The notes under the pieces: model-generated
Seen by the model: the letters and a program-made list of their open reading frames with translations, nothing else
Told to the model about the DNA's origin: nothing
The model's database searches: none
Position numbers and translations under genes: made by a program
From: an uncultured Acidobacteriota bacterium
GTDB taxonomy: Bacteria; Acidobacteriota; UBA6911
Direction: 5' to 3'
DNA length: 64,000 nt
NCBI GenBank assembly: GCA_963827655.1
Contig: CAWHCF010000023.1
Coordinates: forward strand, 128,001 to 192,000
Part shown: positions 11,947 through 20,857 of the stretch, piece after piece
Position numbering within the stretch: the first letter of the stretch is position 1
Layout of the letters: each line of letters opens with the position of its first letter

Positions 11947-11978
11947 TTGCGGATTGCGGATTTCAGATTGCGGATTGA
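11946..11978. repeat. Heptamer tandem repeat (ATTGCGG)n
   Basis: attgcgg attgcgg atttcag attgcgg attga between lpxA and lpxI. Confidence 0.75.
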
Positions 11979-11985
11979 GAAAGGA

Positions 11986-12804
11986 ATGACCGAGAAATTC
12001 GGGTTGATTGCGGGAAATGGGCAATTCCCCTTCATTGTCCTTGAATCGGCCCGCGAGCAGAGTGTCGACGTGATCGTCGCCGCAATCCGGGAGGAGACCT
12101 ATCCCGATATCGAATCGTGCGGTTTCCCGGTCCACTGGCTCGGGCTGGGCCAACTGGGAAAACTGGTCAAGCTGTTCAGGGACGCCGGCGTGCGCAAGGC
12201 GATCATGGCCGGGCAAGTCAAACATGCCCGGATCTTCGGTTCCTCTTTGCCCGATCTCACCATGATCAGGATGCTCGCGGGGCTGAAAGAGAAGAATACC
12301 AATGCACTGATCGGCGGGGTCGCCAGAGTGCTGGAGGAGGCAGGAATCACGCTGCTGGATTCGACGGCCCTCCTGGGATCTCATCTGGCTCCCGAGGGAA
12401 CGTTGACGCGCCGCGGCTTGAATCCGCGCGAAACCGCCGATCTGGAGTATGGGCGGCCATTGGCCTGTTGGATCGCACGCATGGATATTGGGCAGACGAT
12501 CGTGGTGCGAGATCGAGCGGTAGTCGCCGTTGAAGCGATGGAGGGGACCGATGCGGTCATCCGCCGGGCCGGAGAGCTGGTGGGCAAACGAAATCTCACC
12601 GTGATCAAGGTCAGCAAGCCGAAGCAGGACATGCGCTTCGATGTGCCGGTAGTGGGAACTCCAACCATCGAGAACATGGTCGCAAGCGGGGCCACGGCTC
12701 TGATCATCGACGCGCATCGGACATTGCTGTTAGGCAAAACCCGCTTCACTACACTGGCTGACGAGAACGACATCGCGATTCTGTCTCTCGCGCCCGTGGA
12801 GTGA
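11986..12804 (+). CDS. lpxI: UDP-2,3-diacylglucosamine diphosphatase LpxI
   Basis: GLIAGNGQFP, DIGQTIVV, AVEAMEGTD, KPKQDMRFDVPVVG; AAGGA RBS before ATG 11986. Confidence 0.9.
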   Translation: MTEKFGLIAGNGQFPFIVLESAREQSVDVIVAAIREETYPDIESCGFPVHWLGLGQLGKLVKLFRDAGVRKAIMAGQVKHARIFGSSLPDLTMIRMLAGLKEKNTNALIGGVARVLEEAGITLLDSTALLGSHLAPEGTLTRRGLNPRETADLEYGRPLACWIARMDIGQTIVVRDRAVVAVEAMEGTDAVIRRAGELVGKRNLTVIKVSKPKQDMRFDVPVVGTPTIENMVASGATALIIDAHRTLLLGKTRFTTLADENDIAILSLAPVE

Positions 12805-12864
12805 CAGAGGGCGCGCTCCAAAGTCGCTCTTGGAGTGCGGCTAGCTCAAAGGAGCAGGGCAGTC

Positions 12865-13824
12865 GTGGACAAGATCCGAGTGGGGGTGGTCGGGGTTGGG
12901 GCATTGGGACAGCATCACGCCAACGTGTACGCCTCCCTTCCTGAAGCATCCTTGATCGGGGTCGCCGACACTCTTGCCGGAAGGGCCGAAGAAGTTGCCA
13001 GGCCACTTGGGATCCAATGCTTCGCAGATTATCGGCAGCTTTTCGGTAAGGTGGATGCCGTCAGCATTGCGACTCCCACTTCGCTGCACGCCGAGATCGG
13101 GCAGCAGTTCCTGGATCAGGGCATCGATGTGCTGGTAGAGAAACCAATCAGCCGCTCGCTGGACGACGCCGACCGCCTGATTCGGGCAGCGGCTCGCAGC
13201 GGCCGCGTCTTACAAGTCGGCCACCTGGAGCGATTCAATCCTGCGGTCCGCGCCGTCCGGCAAATCGTCGCGCGACCACGCTTTTTCGAGGCCCATCGAA
13301 TGGGTGTATTTTCCCCGCGAAGCCTCGATATTGATGTGATCCTTGATCTTATGATCCACGACCTCGACGTTATCGCGCTGCTCGTCCCCTCACCCGCGGC
13401 TCACATCGACGCAGTCGGAATCCCTATCCTGACCGATCGGATCGACATCGCCAATGCAAGGATTCGATTCGCCGACGGTTGCGTGGCCAACGTCACGGCG
13501 AGCCGGGTGTCTATGGAAAAGATACGTAAGCTGAGACTGTTTCAGGAACAGGAATACATATCGCTGGACTACTCCCTCCAGCAGGCGGCAATTTTCCGCC
13601 TGGCCGCCGGAAAAGACGGCGATGTTCCGCAGATTATCGGCCGCCGGCTGGAACCGGCTCCCGCCAATCCTCTGGAGGAGGAGCTGCGAGCCTTCCTGGC
13701 CGCCAGCCGGGGGTTGGGCCCGGTCGAATGTACTGGAGAGGACGGGAAAAAGGCTCTGACCCTGGCCCTGCAGATTCTGAAACAAGCTGAAAAGGCTCAA
13801 GCAGTTGCATTTGACAGGCACTAG
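12865..13824 (+). CDS. Gfo/Idh/MocA oxidoreductase, GnnA-like (putative UDP-GlcNAc 3-dehydrogenase)
   Basis: GVGALG, LVEKPI, QVGHLERFNPA, DVILDLMIHDLD; located in the lpx cluster. Confidence 0.8.
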   Translation: MDKIRVGVVGVGALGQHHANVYASLPEASLIGVADTLAGRAEEVARPLGIQCFADYRQLFGKVDAVSIATPTSLHAEIGQQFLDQGIDVLVEKPISRSLDDADRLIRAAARSGRVLQVGHLERFNPAVRAVRQIVARPRFFEAHRMGVFSPRSLDIDVILDLMIHDLDVIALLVPSPAAHIDAVGIPILTDRIDIANARIRFADGCVANVTASRVSMEKIRKLRLFQEQEYISLDYSLQQAAIFRLAAGKDGDVPQIIGRRLEPAPANPLEEELRAFLAASRGLGPVECTGEDGKKALTLALQILKQAEKAQAVAFDRH

Positions 13825-13884
13825 GCCCATTTTTTATACTTCAAGCTGTCGCTTGCAGTTGAAGGGCTGCCCGCGTCCAAGAAA

Positions 13885-15153
13885 ATGTTTGAATTTGCCA
13901 TCTCCCAGCACCAAAGGCGTCCGCTCTCAAGGCGTTTCCGGACCGCCGCAGCCGTCTCCATCCTGGCGCACTTAGCGGTGCTGATCGTGCTCATTCTGTC
14001 CCCTGCCGGACCCTTTCCAGGACTCGGTTCCTGGCTTCGTCCGGTGGCGTTCCTGGCCCTGGCCTACTTTCTTGTACTTCTAGCTCTCGCTCGTGGTGGA
14101 CGGGCTGCCAGCGAAAAGGAACTATTTGAATTCGCCATCTCCCAGCACCAGAGGCATCCGCCCTCGAGGCGATTCCTCCGCGCCGTAGCAGTATCCATCC
14201 TGGCGCACATAGCGGCCGTGGTCCTGCTTATTCAGTTCCCTTCCTTACTGCTGCCCGGACTCAGCTCCTGGCTTCGCCCTCTGGCGTTCCTTAGGGTCAC
14301 GGTGAAAGAGACGGACTGGCGTATGGTTTCCATGATAGGCTCATCCAGGATGCAGATGCCTTCGGCCGAAACCTTAAGAAAACTGTTGCCGAAGCGGAGC
14401 GAGGAGGGAACCGGCAGCCAAAAAACATCGGTACCGATACGCTGGGGGGATGAAAAGCTCGTAGCGAGCGCCCGCGCTCCGGTCCCGCGGCCCTTGAGCA
14501 AGCCAGTGCCTGGAACCGAGGAGCCCAAACCCGAGCCGGTGACACAGCCGGGTGAGACGGCAGGCGCCGGCGATCCCGCCAGGAGCGGCGGCGCCGGACA
14601 ATCTGCCGGTGTCGGGGTTGCCGGCACTCCCGGTGCGCCGGAGAGAAAAACCGTCCCCCTGCCGCCTCCGTCCCCAGAACCAAAGCAGATACCCAAGAAA
14701 GTGGAGGAGGTGGCTGAGAGCAAACCCCCGACTACAATCCCTTCGACTCCGGAGGTTCCGCCCGACCCTGTCCCGGGGAAGCAAGATCCGAAAGTCTTCG
14801 AGAACGTGCAGAAGGCGATACAATCGGAGGGAACCGGCTTTTTCGACACCAAAGGTTTCCCTCTCGGAGAATATGCAACGCTTATCATCGAGCGCATCAA
14901 AGGAAACTGGTTCATTCCGTCGAATCTTCGGAATAACCAAGGACGCTCCACGCTTGTGTTCTACATAGAAAAGGACGGTCAGGTTACTGGAATCCGTGTG
15001 GTCAGTTCGTCGGGCAGCAAATCCCTGGACGACTCCGCTTATCAATCCGTCTGGGTGTCTAAACCGTTTCCCCCCTTACCCAAGGGTTTTCCCGGAGAGC
15101 ATGTAGGGGCAAAGTTCGTTTTCTCCTACAACGAAGTCTCCATGGTTCGCTGA
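13885..15153 (+). CDS. TonB/TolA-family energy transducer with a duplicated N-terminal anchor
   Basis: Two SILAH helices, Pro/Lys/Glu-rich linker, TonB_C-like end (IERIKGNW..SSGSKSLDDSA..PFPPLP). Confidence 0.82.
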   Translation: MFEFAISQHQRRPLSRRFRTAAAVSILAHLAVLIVLILSPAGPFPGLGSWLRPVAFLALAYFLVLLALARGGRAASEKELFEFAISQHQRHPPSRRFLRAVAVSILAHIAAVVLLIQFPSLLLPGLSSWLRPLAFLRVTVKETDWRMVSMIGSSRMQMPSAETLRKLLPKRSEEGTGSQKTSVPIRWGDEKLVASARAPVPRPLSKPVPGTEEPKPEPVTQPGETAGAGDPARSGGAGQSAGVGVAGTPGAPERKTVPLPPPSPEPKQIPKKVEEVAESKPPTTIPSTPEVPPDPVPGKQDPKVFENVQKAIQSEGTGFFDTKGFPLGEYATLIIERIKGNWFIPSNLRNNQGRSTLVFYIEKDGQVTGIRVVSSSGSKSLDDSAYQSVWVSKPFPPLPKGFPGEHVGAKFVFSYNEVSMVR

Positions 15154-15289
15154 ATCCAATGTAGAGAAGCTCTAAGTCTTTGCGGCTTCGTGGCTCGATT
15201 CTGCTCATCGAAGGCGCAAAGCATCAACGCGGCACTTTCAACGGGACTTCCGATTGTTCAGCAGGGTGCGCTACATTCCGGGCTCCATC

Positions 15290-17644
15290 ATGCGAACGGC
15301 GGTTAGAATACCTGTACGTTTCGTCCGAGTGCCCACCCGCTTTACCAGGATAGTTGCCTTATTACTGCAGTTCTCGGTGACAGCCTGCGGCCATAAGTCT
15401 CGTGTCTCGCCGCCGGTCGTTTCTCAGATTCCAAGTCCTCCTGCCGCGTCAGCGCCTCCCCCGGCCACCAGCCCGGTTGCTGCCATGGCTTCGGCGCCGG
15501 GAGGTCCCGGCCCCGCAATCCGAATCGGTCTCACTACCACGGCACGAGAAGTTCGCATCTCTGCCGCCGCCGGCGACTTCCAGGTGGTCGAGAAGATTGC
15601 GGAGGCTTCAAGACAAACGGTTCGAGGCGAGCTGCAAGTCCGTCTGGAACAACAGCCGGAAGAACAGCGGGAGATCTTTCGCGTCCAGGTGGCTGCGATC
15701 GCGAGCAGGGAGGCGGCCGAAAACCTGGGGCGAAAACTCGCCGCGCAGTTCTCCGTCCCTGCCGTCACGCGGGACCACCTGGCCACCAGTACCGTCCAGG
15801 TCCGCCTGGGAGAGTTCTCCGGGCGCGAAGAAGCCCAGGCCTTCGCCTCTGGGCCTTTGACGGCCGCCGGGTATGCGAAATCTTTCGTCGTGCGCGAAAG
15901 CGGCCCGCGCGGAGGGGGAGAGGCCAGGCTCGCGATTCGAGGTCCGGAGAATTTCTTTCGGGTAAACCGAACCGGTTACCTGTTCTTTCCATCCTCCTCG
16001 GCGACGTTTCTTCGTCTGGATGGAAAGTCCTACCGGGGCGTCCTGGACATCAGCCTCAACAAGGCCGGTCAAATCACGGTGGTGAATCAGCTGGGCCTGG
16101 AAGAATATCTCTATGGCGTGGTTCCCGCGGAAATAAGTCCCACGATTTATCCGGAACTTGCGGCTCTCGCGGCTCAGGCGATAGCTGCGCGCACGTACGC
16201 CTTGAAGAACATGGGAAGATTCAGTGCGGACGGATTCGATCTCACGTCGGATATCCGCACGCAGGTTTACGGCGGCGCGTCGATCGAAAAGGAGGCCACC
16301 ACCGCAGCCGTGCAGCGCACCTACGCAGTGGCGGTCTACTACCTCGGCGGTCCGATCAACGCGATGTACTCTTCCACCTGCGGTGGAAGGACGGAAGATT
16401 TCTCCAATGTTTTCGGCGGCCGTCCGGTTCCCTATTTGACCAGCGTGTTCTGTACCGTGGAAAGCGGTACCGCGACCGCAGTCGACTTGAAGCTTAGAGG
16501 CGAGCATGAACTCGACCAGGTCGTTTTTGCGGCTGACGGCATGATGGCCAACCGAAACCTGGAGCTGGCTGTGGTACTGGACCTGGTGCAAAGCGAGGCG
16601 TTAACCCCCGAGTTCCTGACCGGCGCCGCAGAGAAGTCTGAAATTCAGGCGTGGGTGCAGAAGGCGCGAGTTCTGGCCAATCGGACTTCGGATGCCGAGA
16701 CCAAACCGCGGGACATAACCACGCGCGCCGGCTTCATTCAGTTTGCAGTCGAGAGTTTTTTTGGAAGCGGCGAACTCAGCCGCCGCATTTCGCCCAGCGA
16801 TGTTTCCTATTACCTCTCCAATTTAAAGGACGGAGAGCAGGTGCCTGAGGCTGCGCGCCCGGCGACGGCGCTGGTCATCCAAAAAGGTCTCTGGCGTCCC
16901 TACCCGGATAACAGCGCCCGCCCTCTCTCGCCCATCCGGCGTTGCGACGCACTCTCGATGCTGGCGCACTGGATCGAAGACTCGCGCCCCGATCTTCTAA
17001 AACGCGGCGTCTTGCAGTCTCTGGAGCAGCGCAACATCCTTGTAAAAGGGTCAAACAAGACAGAGCAACTGGGCCTGGCCGACGACGTGCGGCTTTTCCT
17101 GGTTGCGGATGGGCGCCGCACTCCGGTCGATTCCCTTCGAATGATAGGCAGCGAAAAAATCCGCTTCCATTTGCAGCCGGGCGGAAAGATTGATTTTCTG
17201 GAAGTCGAGCTCAGTCCGGCGGGCGCGTCCAGCGATCGATTCTCGCCGCAGACCTCCTGGCAGACTACGATTGCCGGGCGAGTCGTGTCTGAAAAACTTC
17301 GTCCGCTGACCGGCAACATCGGAGAGGTCAGCGACCTCGTGCCCGCTCGATTAGGCAATTCAGGCCGCGCGGTCGAGATCCAGGTTGTGGGAACCCAGGG
17401 TTCAGTGTCGCTCAATGGATACAGAGTGCGCACGGCCCTCGGTCTGAAGGACACGCTGTTTACTCTCTCACGCGCCGCAAACCCGGATGGGAGCATTGAG
17501 GCTTTTACATTCACGGGACGGGGCTGGGGCCACGGCATAGGGTTATGCCAGGTCGGCGCTTTTGGGATGGCCCGGGCAGGTCGCAGCTACGAGGAGATCC
17601 TCAAGACCTACTATCGCGGGGTGGAGTTACGGAAAGCATATTGA
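15290..17644 (+). CDS. SpoIID/LytB-domain lytic-transglycosylase-like lipoprotein with SPOR and SLH-like regions (start uncertain)
   Basis: Lipobox VTAC, SPOR-like FRVQVAA..VRLGEF, LEEYLYGVVPAE, AQAIAARTYA, GRGWGHGIGLCQVGA. Confidence 0.85.
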   Translation: MRTAVRIPVRFVRVPTRFTRIVALLLQFSVTACGHKSRVSPPVVSQIPSPPAASAPPPATSPVAAMASAPGGPGPAIRIGLTTTAREVRISAAAGDFQVVEKIAEASRQTVRGELQVRLEQQPEEQREIFRVQVAAIASREAAENLGRKLAAQFSVPAVTRDHLATSTVQVRLGEFSGREEAQAFASGPLTAAGYAKSFVVRESGPRGGGEARLAIRGPENFFRVNRTGYLFFPSSSATFLRLDGKSYRGVLDISLNKAGQITVVNQLGLEEYLYGVVPAEISPTIYPELAALAAQAIAARTYALKNMGRFSADGFDLTSDIRTQVYGGASIEKEATTAAVQRTYAVAVYYLGGPINAMYSSTCGGRTEDFSNVFGGRPVPYLTSVFCTVESGTATAVDLKLRGEHELDQVVFAADGMMANRNLELAVVLDLVQSEALTPEFLTGAAEKSEIQAWVQKARVLANRTSDAETKPRDITTRAGFIQFAVESFFGSGELSRRISPSDVSYYLSNLKDGEQVPEAARPATALVIQKGLWRPYPDNSARPLSPIRRCDALSMLAHWIEDSRPDLLKRGVLQSLEQRNILVKGSNKTEQLGLADDVRLFLVADGRRTPVDSLRMIGSEKIRFHLQPGGKIDFLEVELSPAGASSDRFSPQTSWQTTIAGRVVSEKLRPLTGNIGEVSDLVPARLGNSGRAVEIQVVGTQGSVSLNGYRVRTALGLKDTLFTLSRAANPDGSIEAFTFTGRGWGHGIGLCQVGAFGMARAGRSYEEILKTYYRGVELRKAY

Positions 17645-17674
17645 GCCGGGGCGGGTGTCCGATCGAGCGTGTCA

Positions 17675-17827
17675 ATGTCAGAGAGAAAGCCCTCACCCGT
17701 TAACTCGCCGGCATCCGACCGCTGTCGCGAGCAGGATCGTCAACGCTCCCAGATACTGGGAATCTCGGTCATCGCCCTGGTCACGCTGCTCCTCGCCGGC
17801 ATCCGATACTATTTCAACCTGGGATAG
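17675..17827 (+). CDS. Small membrane protein, 50 aa (below the ORF-track cutoff)
   Basis: MSERKPSPVNSPASDRCREQDRQRSQILGISVIALVTLLLAGIRYYFNLG; one TM helix; fills the gap between the SpoIID gene and miaA. Confidence 0.55.
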   Translation: MSERKPSPVNSPASDRCREQDRQRSQILGISVIALVTLLLAGIRYYFNLG

Positions 17828-17832
17828 ATTTC

Positions 17833-18819
17833 TTGGCGCCTTCGCGTCCTTGCCCTGAACGAGGTTTCGCCCTCGAATCGTATCCGCTCGTCATCGTCGC
17901 AGGTCCCACCGGTTCCGGCAAATCTCAAATCGCAATGCAGCTGGCCAGGATGTTTGACGGAGAGATCGTAAGCTGCGATGCGCTTCAGGTCTATCGCGGG
18001 ATGGACATCGGAACCGCCAAGGCAACTCCGTCCGAGCGGCAGGCGGTGCCGCACCATATGCTCGATTTGCAGGATCCCGGCGAGGACTTCACCGCCGGCG
18101 ACTACCAGCGCCTGGCGCGGCAGGCCCTGGATGGGATTCGCCGCCGCGGCCGCATTCCTTTCGTAGTAGGAGGCACTGGTCTATATCTGCGAGCGCTCCT
18201 GCTCGGCCTTTTCGAAGGGCCCGGGCGCAGGAAAGAATTGCGCGCCCGGATGCAAAAGATCGCCCGAAGCAGAAAAGCCGCTTCCCTGCACCGGATTCTG
18301 CTGCGGGCCGATCCCATGTCCGCAGGCCGTATCTCGGTCGCCGACACGGCCCGGATCATCCGCGCTCTTGAAGTCTATTTCCTGACCGGGAAGCCGATAA
18401 GCTGGTGGCAAAACCAGCCGGCGCAGCGGCTGGCCGGCTTTCGCTGGTTGAAGCTTGGCATTCACTGGCCCCGTGAATTGCTCTACCAGCGAATCAACGC
18501 CAGAGCGAACGCGATGTTCGAAAGAGGACTGATTGAGGAAGTTCGGAAGTTGCTGGATAAGTTTCCCCGTGATTGCAACGCCTTCAAGGCTATTGGATAC
18601 CGCCAGGTGTCCGACTATTTCGCGAACAAACTAGGTTTCGAACAAACTATAGAAGAGGTGCAGCGCCAGAGCCGCCGATACGCCAAACGCCAGCTTACCT
18701 GGTTCCGCGCCGATCCGGAGATCGTCTGGCTAGACGGCGCATCGGGCGAGACGAGCCTCACGCTGGAAGCTAGCGCGGCGGTTCACACTTTCATCGAGTC
18801 TTCGCGTCTTGATGGCTAA
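17833..18819 (+). CDS. miaA: tRNA dimethylallyltransferase MiaA
   Basis: GPTGSGKS, DALQVYRGMDIGTAK, VGGTGLYLRAL, RRYAKRQLTWFR. Confidence 0.96.
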   Translation: MAPSRPCPERGFALESYPLVIVAGPTGSGKSQIAMQLARMFDGEIVSCDALQVYRGMDIGTAKATPSERQAVPHHMLDLQDPGEDFTAGDYQRLARQALDGIRRRGRIPFVVGGTGLYLRALLLGLFEGPGRRKELRARMQKIARSRKAASLHRILLRADPMSAGRISVADTARIIRALEVYFLTGKPISWWQNQPAQRLAGFRWLKLGIHWPRELLYQRINARANAMFERGLIEEVRKLLDKFPRDCNAFKAIGYRQVSDYFANKLGFEQTIEEVQRQSRRYAKRQLTWFRADPEIVWLDGASGETSLTLEASAAVHTFIESSRLDG

Positions 18820-19146
18820 TGCCGAGACGCGGAACGTCCAGGAGAGCGCTGCGGGATGTAGCCGGGATCTCACGTGCCGCCGAGTCCTCGAACTCCGTGG
18901 TTCCCTCAGCGGCTTGAAATCTCCGCAGCGCCCCGGGATTGCCAGGTGCACATGGTGTGCCAATCTCGAGAGCGCTGGAGTGGGCAACAGGAAATAGCTG
19001 CGAAGCGGCGATTTACATGGCTGGTGTCAGGCTCGTTTCGACGCTCGGGTCGGACGAAAGTAACCGAGCTTACTCACTTCTCGTTGTTTTCTTAGCGTTT
19101 CTTCGTGTCTTCGTATCCTGGAGGTTGGTTTTGTCGCGAACGCATT

Positions 19147-19728
19147 TCAGTCCAGATTCAACGATTCGATGCGCTTTGCCGCCTCTTCGCGAATCCTGCG
19201 GTACAGGCTGTTCCCATGTGAATCGATGGCAACGATCAGGGGTCCGAAGTTCCTGACGCGGAACTTCCAGAGGCATTCAGGCATCAGGTCTTCCCACCAG
19301 ACATCCACGATTTCTTCGATCTGGTTGGTCTCGAGCGCAGCCGTTCCACCGACGATCGCAAGGTATACGGCCCCATAGTCCTTCATCGCATCGACGGATC
19401 CCTGCAGCAGTCCACCCTTTCCTACCAGTGCGCGGACGCCGTAGGTGTTCAGCAACCCGGGAACGAAGCGATCCATCCGCGTACTCGTGGTCGTGCCGAT
19501 CGAGAGTTTCTCAAACTTGCCGTCGGGTCTCTTCCTTACCCCGGGAGCGGTATGAAGACAGACCGAACCGGTCAGATCGACCGGGGGAGCGACTCCCTCG
19601 TCAAAAATTCGTATCTGTGTAGCATCCCGTATGCCGAAGATCGTCCCGTCAATTCGGACGGTATCCTCGAGCTGGAGCCTTCGAACATCGCTCTCCGACA
19701 GAGGCGTCGTCAGAACATGTTGGCCCAA
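19147..19728 (-). CDS. Class I fumarate hydratase / tartrate dehydratase beta-type subunit (divergent)
   Basis: GIRDAT, GTTTSTRM, VGKGG, FGPLIVAIDSHGNSLY; TTG start after GGAGG (the ORF extension is translated repeat DNA). Confidence 0.85.
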   Translation of the reverse strand: MGQHVLTTPLSESDVRRLQLEDTVRIDGTIFGIRDATQIRIFDEGVAPPVDLTGSVCLHTAPGVRKRPDGKFEKLSIGTTTSTRMDRFVPGLLNTYGVRALVGKGGLLQGSVDAMKDYGAVYLAIVGGTAALETNQIEEIVDVWWEDLMPECLWKFRVRNFGPLIVAIDSHGNSLYRRIREEAAKRIESLNLD

Positions 19729-19746
19729 GAAATCCTCCCACCTTCC

Positions 19747-19935
19747 AATTGACGATTTACGATTGACGATTGACGATTGACAATGCATTGGCAGATGGTA
19801 GGGCAGACGCTGGCACGCGACATGGCATTTGAGTTGCCTTCCATGGACAACTCAGATGCCGTGTCGCTGCCAGCGTCTACCCTACAATCTGCCAATGCAT
19901 TTCAATCGTCAATCGTCAATCGTCAATCGTCAATT
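19747..19935. repeat. About 190-bp near-perfect palindrome capped by inverted (ATTGACG)n arrays
   Basis: Left arm aatgcattggcagatggtagggcagacgctggcacgcgacatggcatttgagttg pairs with right arm caactcagatgccgtgtcgctgccagcgtctaccctacaatctgccaatgcatt. Confidence 0.9.
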
Positions 19936-19936
19936 C

Positions 19937-20827
19937 TCAACCGTAGGTTATTTTTCCGTCCGAACCGATAGTGGCCGCCGCTCGCTCGCCCCGCCAGCAC
20001 TGCATGTTTACCGCCACTGGATTCTGGCTGATATGAGTGTGGGCCCATTCGATGTTCACGGCCAGCGCCGTCGTGATTCCGCCCAGCCCTTGCGGACCCA
20101 GACCGGTTGAATTGATTTTTTCGAGAAGGTCCCGCTCCAGCTGGGCCACCTGCGGATCCTGGCTGAAAGAACCAATCTTGCGGAAGGTGCTCGCCTCCTT
20201 GGCCAGATTCATCGCGAGATCGGAAGTCCCGCCCAGGCCGACGCCGACTATCACGGGCGGGCAGGGGCAAGCGCCGGATTCAAGCACGCAATGAAGCACG
20301 AATCGTTTAATTCCCTTCACTCCCTCGCCGGGATTGAGCATCTTCAGGAAGCTCATGTTCTCCGAGCCCGAGCCCTTGGGAGCCATCTGAATCTCGATGC
20401 GGTCGGAATCGGGAACGAAATCGACCTTGATGATCGGTATGCCCTGTCCCGTATTGGTGCCGGTATTCTTGCGCGTCAACGGATGGACCGAGTTCGAGCG
20501 CAAGGGGTGTTCCAGGGTCAATCTTTCGCAGGCTATCCGGATCCGGGACTTGATTTCAGCGCCGTCCAGTTGCAACCTCCCCCCCAGTAGAACCTTATAG
20601 ATCGGGATGCCGGTGTCCTGGCACACGAGTGTGCGCTCGCTGTCAGCGACCTTGATGTTTTCAAGGATGGTGAACAGAACCTCGGCCGCGGTATTGTTGC
20701 CGGAGCTACGCTCGGCCTCGAGGCCTTCTCCGAGCGCGTCGCGCACATCGTGGGGGATATCGCTCAGCGCCCTGAGATACAGGTTTCGGGCCGCCTCTTC
20801 GACGGAGTCATATATTGATGGATTCAT
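19937..20827 (-). CDS. Class I fumarate hydratase / tartrate dehydratase alpha-type Fe-S subunit
   Basis: [33 protein letters not shown]. Confidence 0.9.
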   Translation of the reverse strand: MNPSIYDSVEEAARNLYLRALSDIPHDVRDALGEGLEAERSSGNNTAAEVLFTILENIKVADSERTLVCQDTGIPIYKVLLGGRLQLDGAEIKSRIRIACERLTLEHPLRSNSVHPLTRKNTGTNTGQGIPIIKVDFVPDSDRIEIQMAPKGSGSENMSFLKMLNPGEGVKGIKRFVLHCVLESGACPCPPVIVGVGLGGTSDLAMNLAKEASTFRKIGSFSQDPQVAQLERDLLEKINSTGLGPQGLGGITTALAVNIEWAHTHISQNPVAVNMQCWRGERAAATIGSDGKITYG

Positions 20828-20857
20828 CTCTACAATACCTCTAAGACACGAAGAAAA

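Noticed and set aside
18820-19090. Possible ncRNA or small gene after miaA (hfq often lies here)
   Set aside because: No Hfq-like ORF and no recognisable RNA motif found
19729-19788. N-terminal extension MHCQSSIVNRKSSI of the hydratase beta ORF (likewise MRIADFRLRI of lpxI)
   Set aside because: These are translations of heptamer repeats; better starts with an RBS lie downstream
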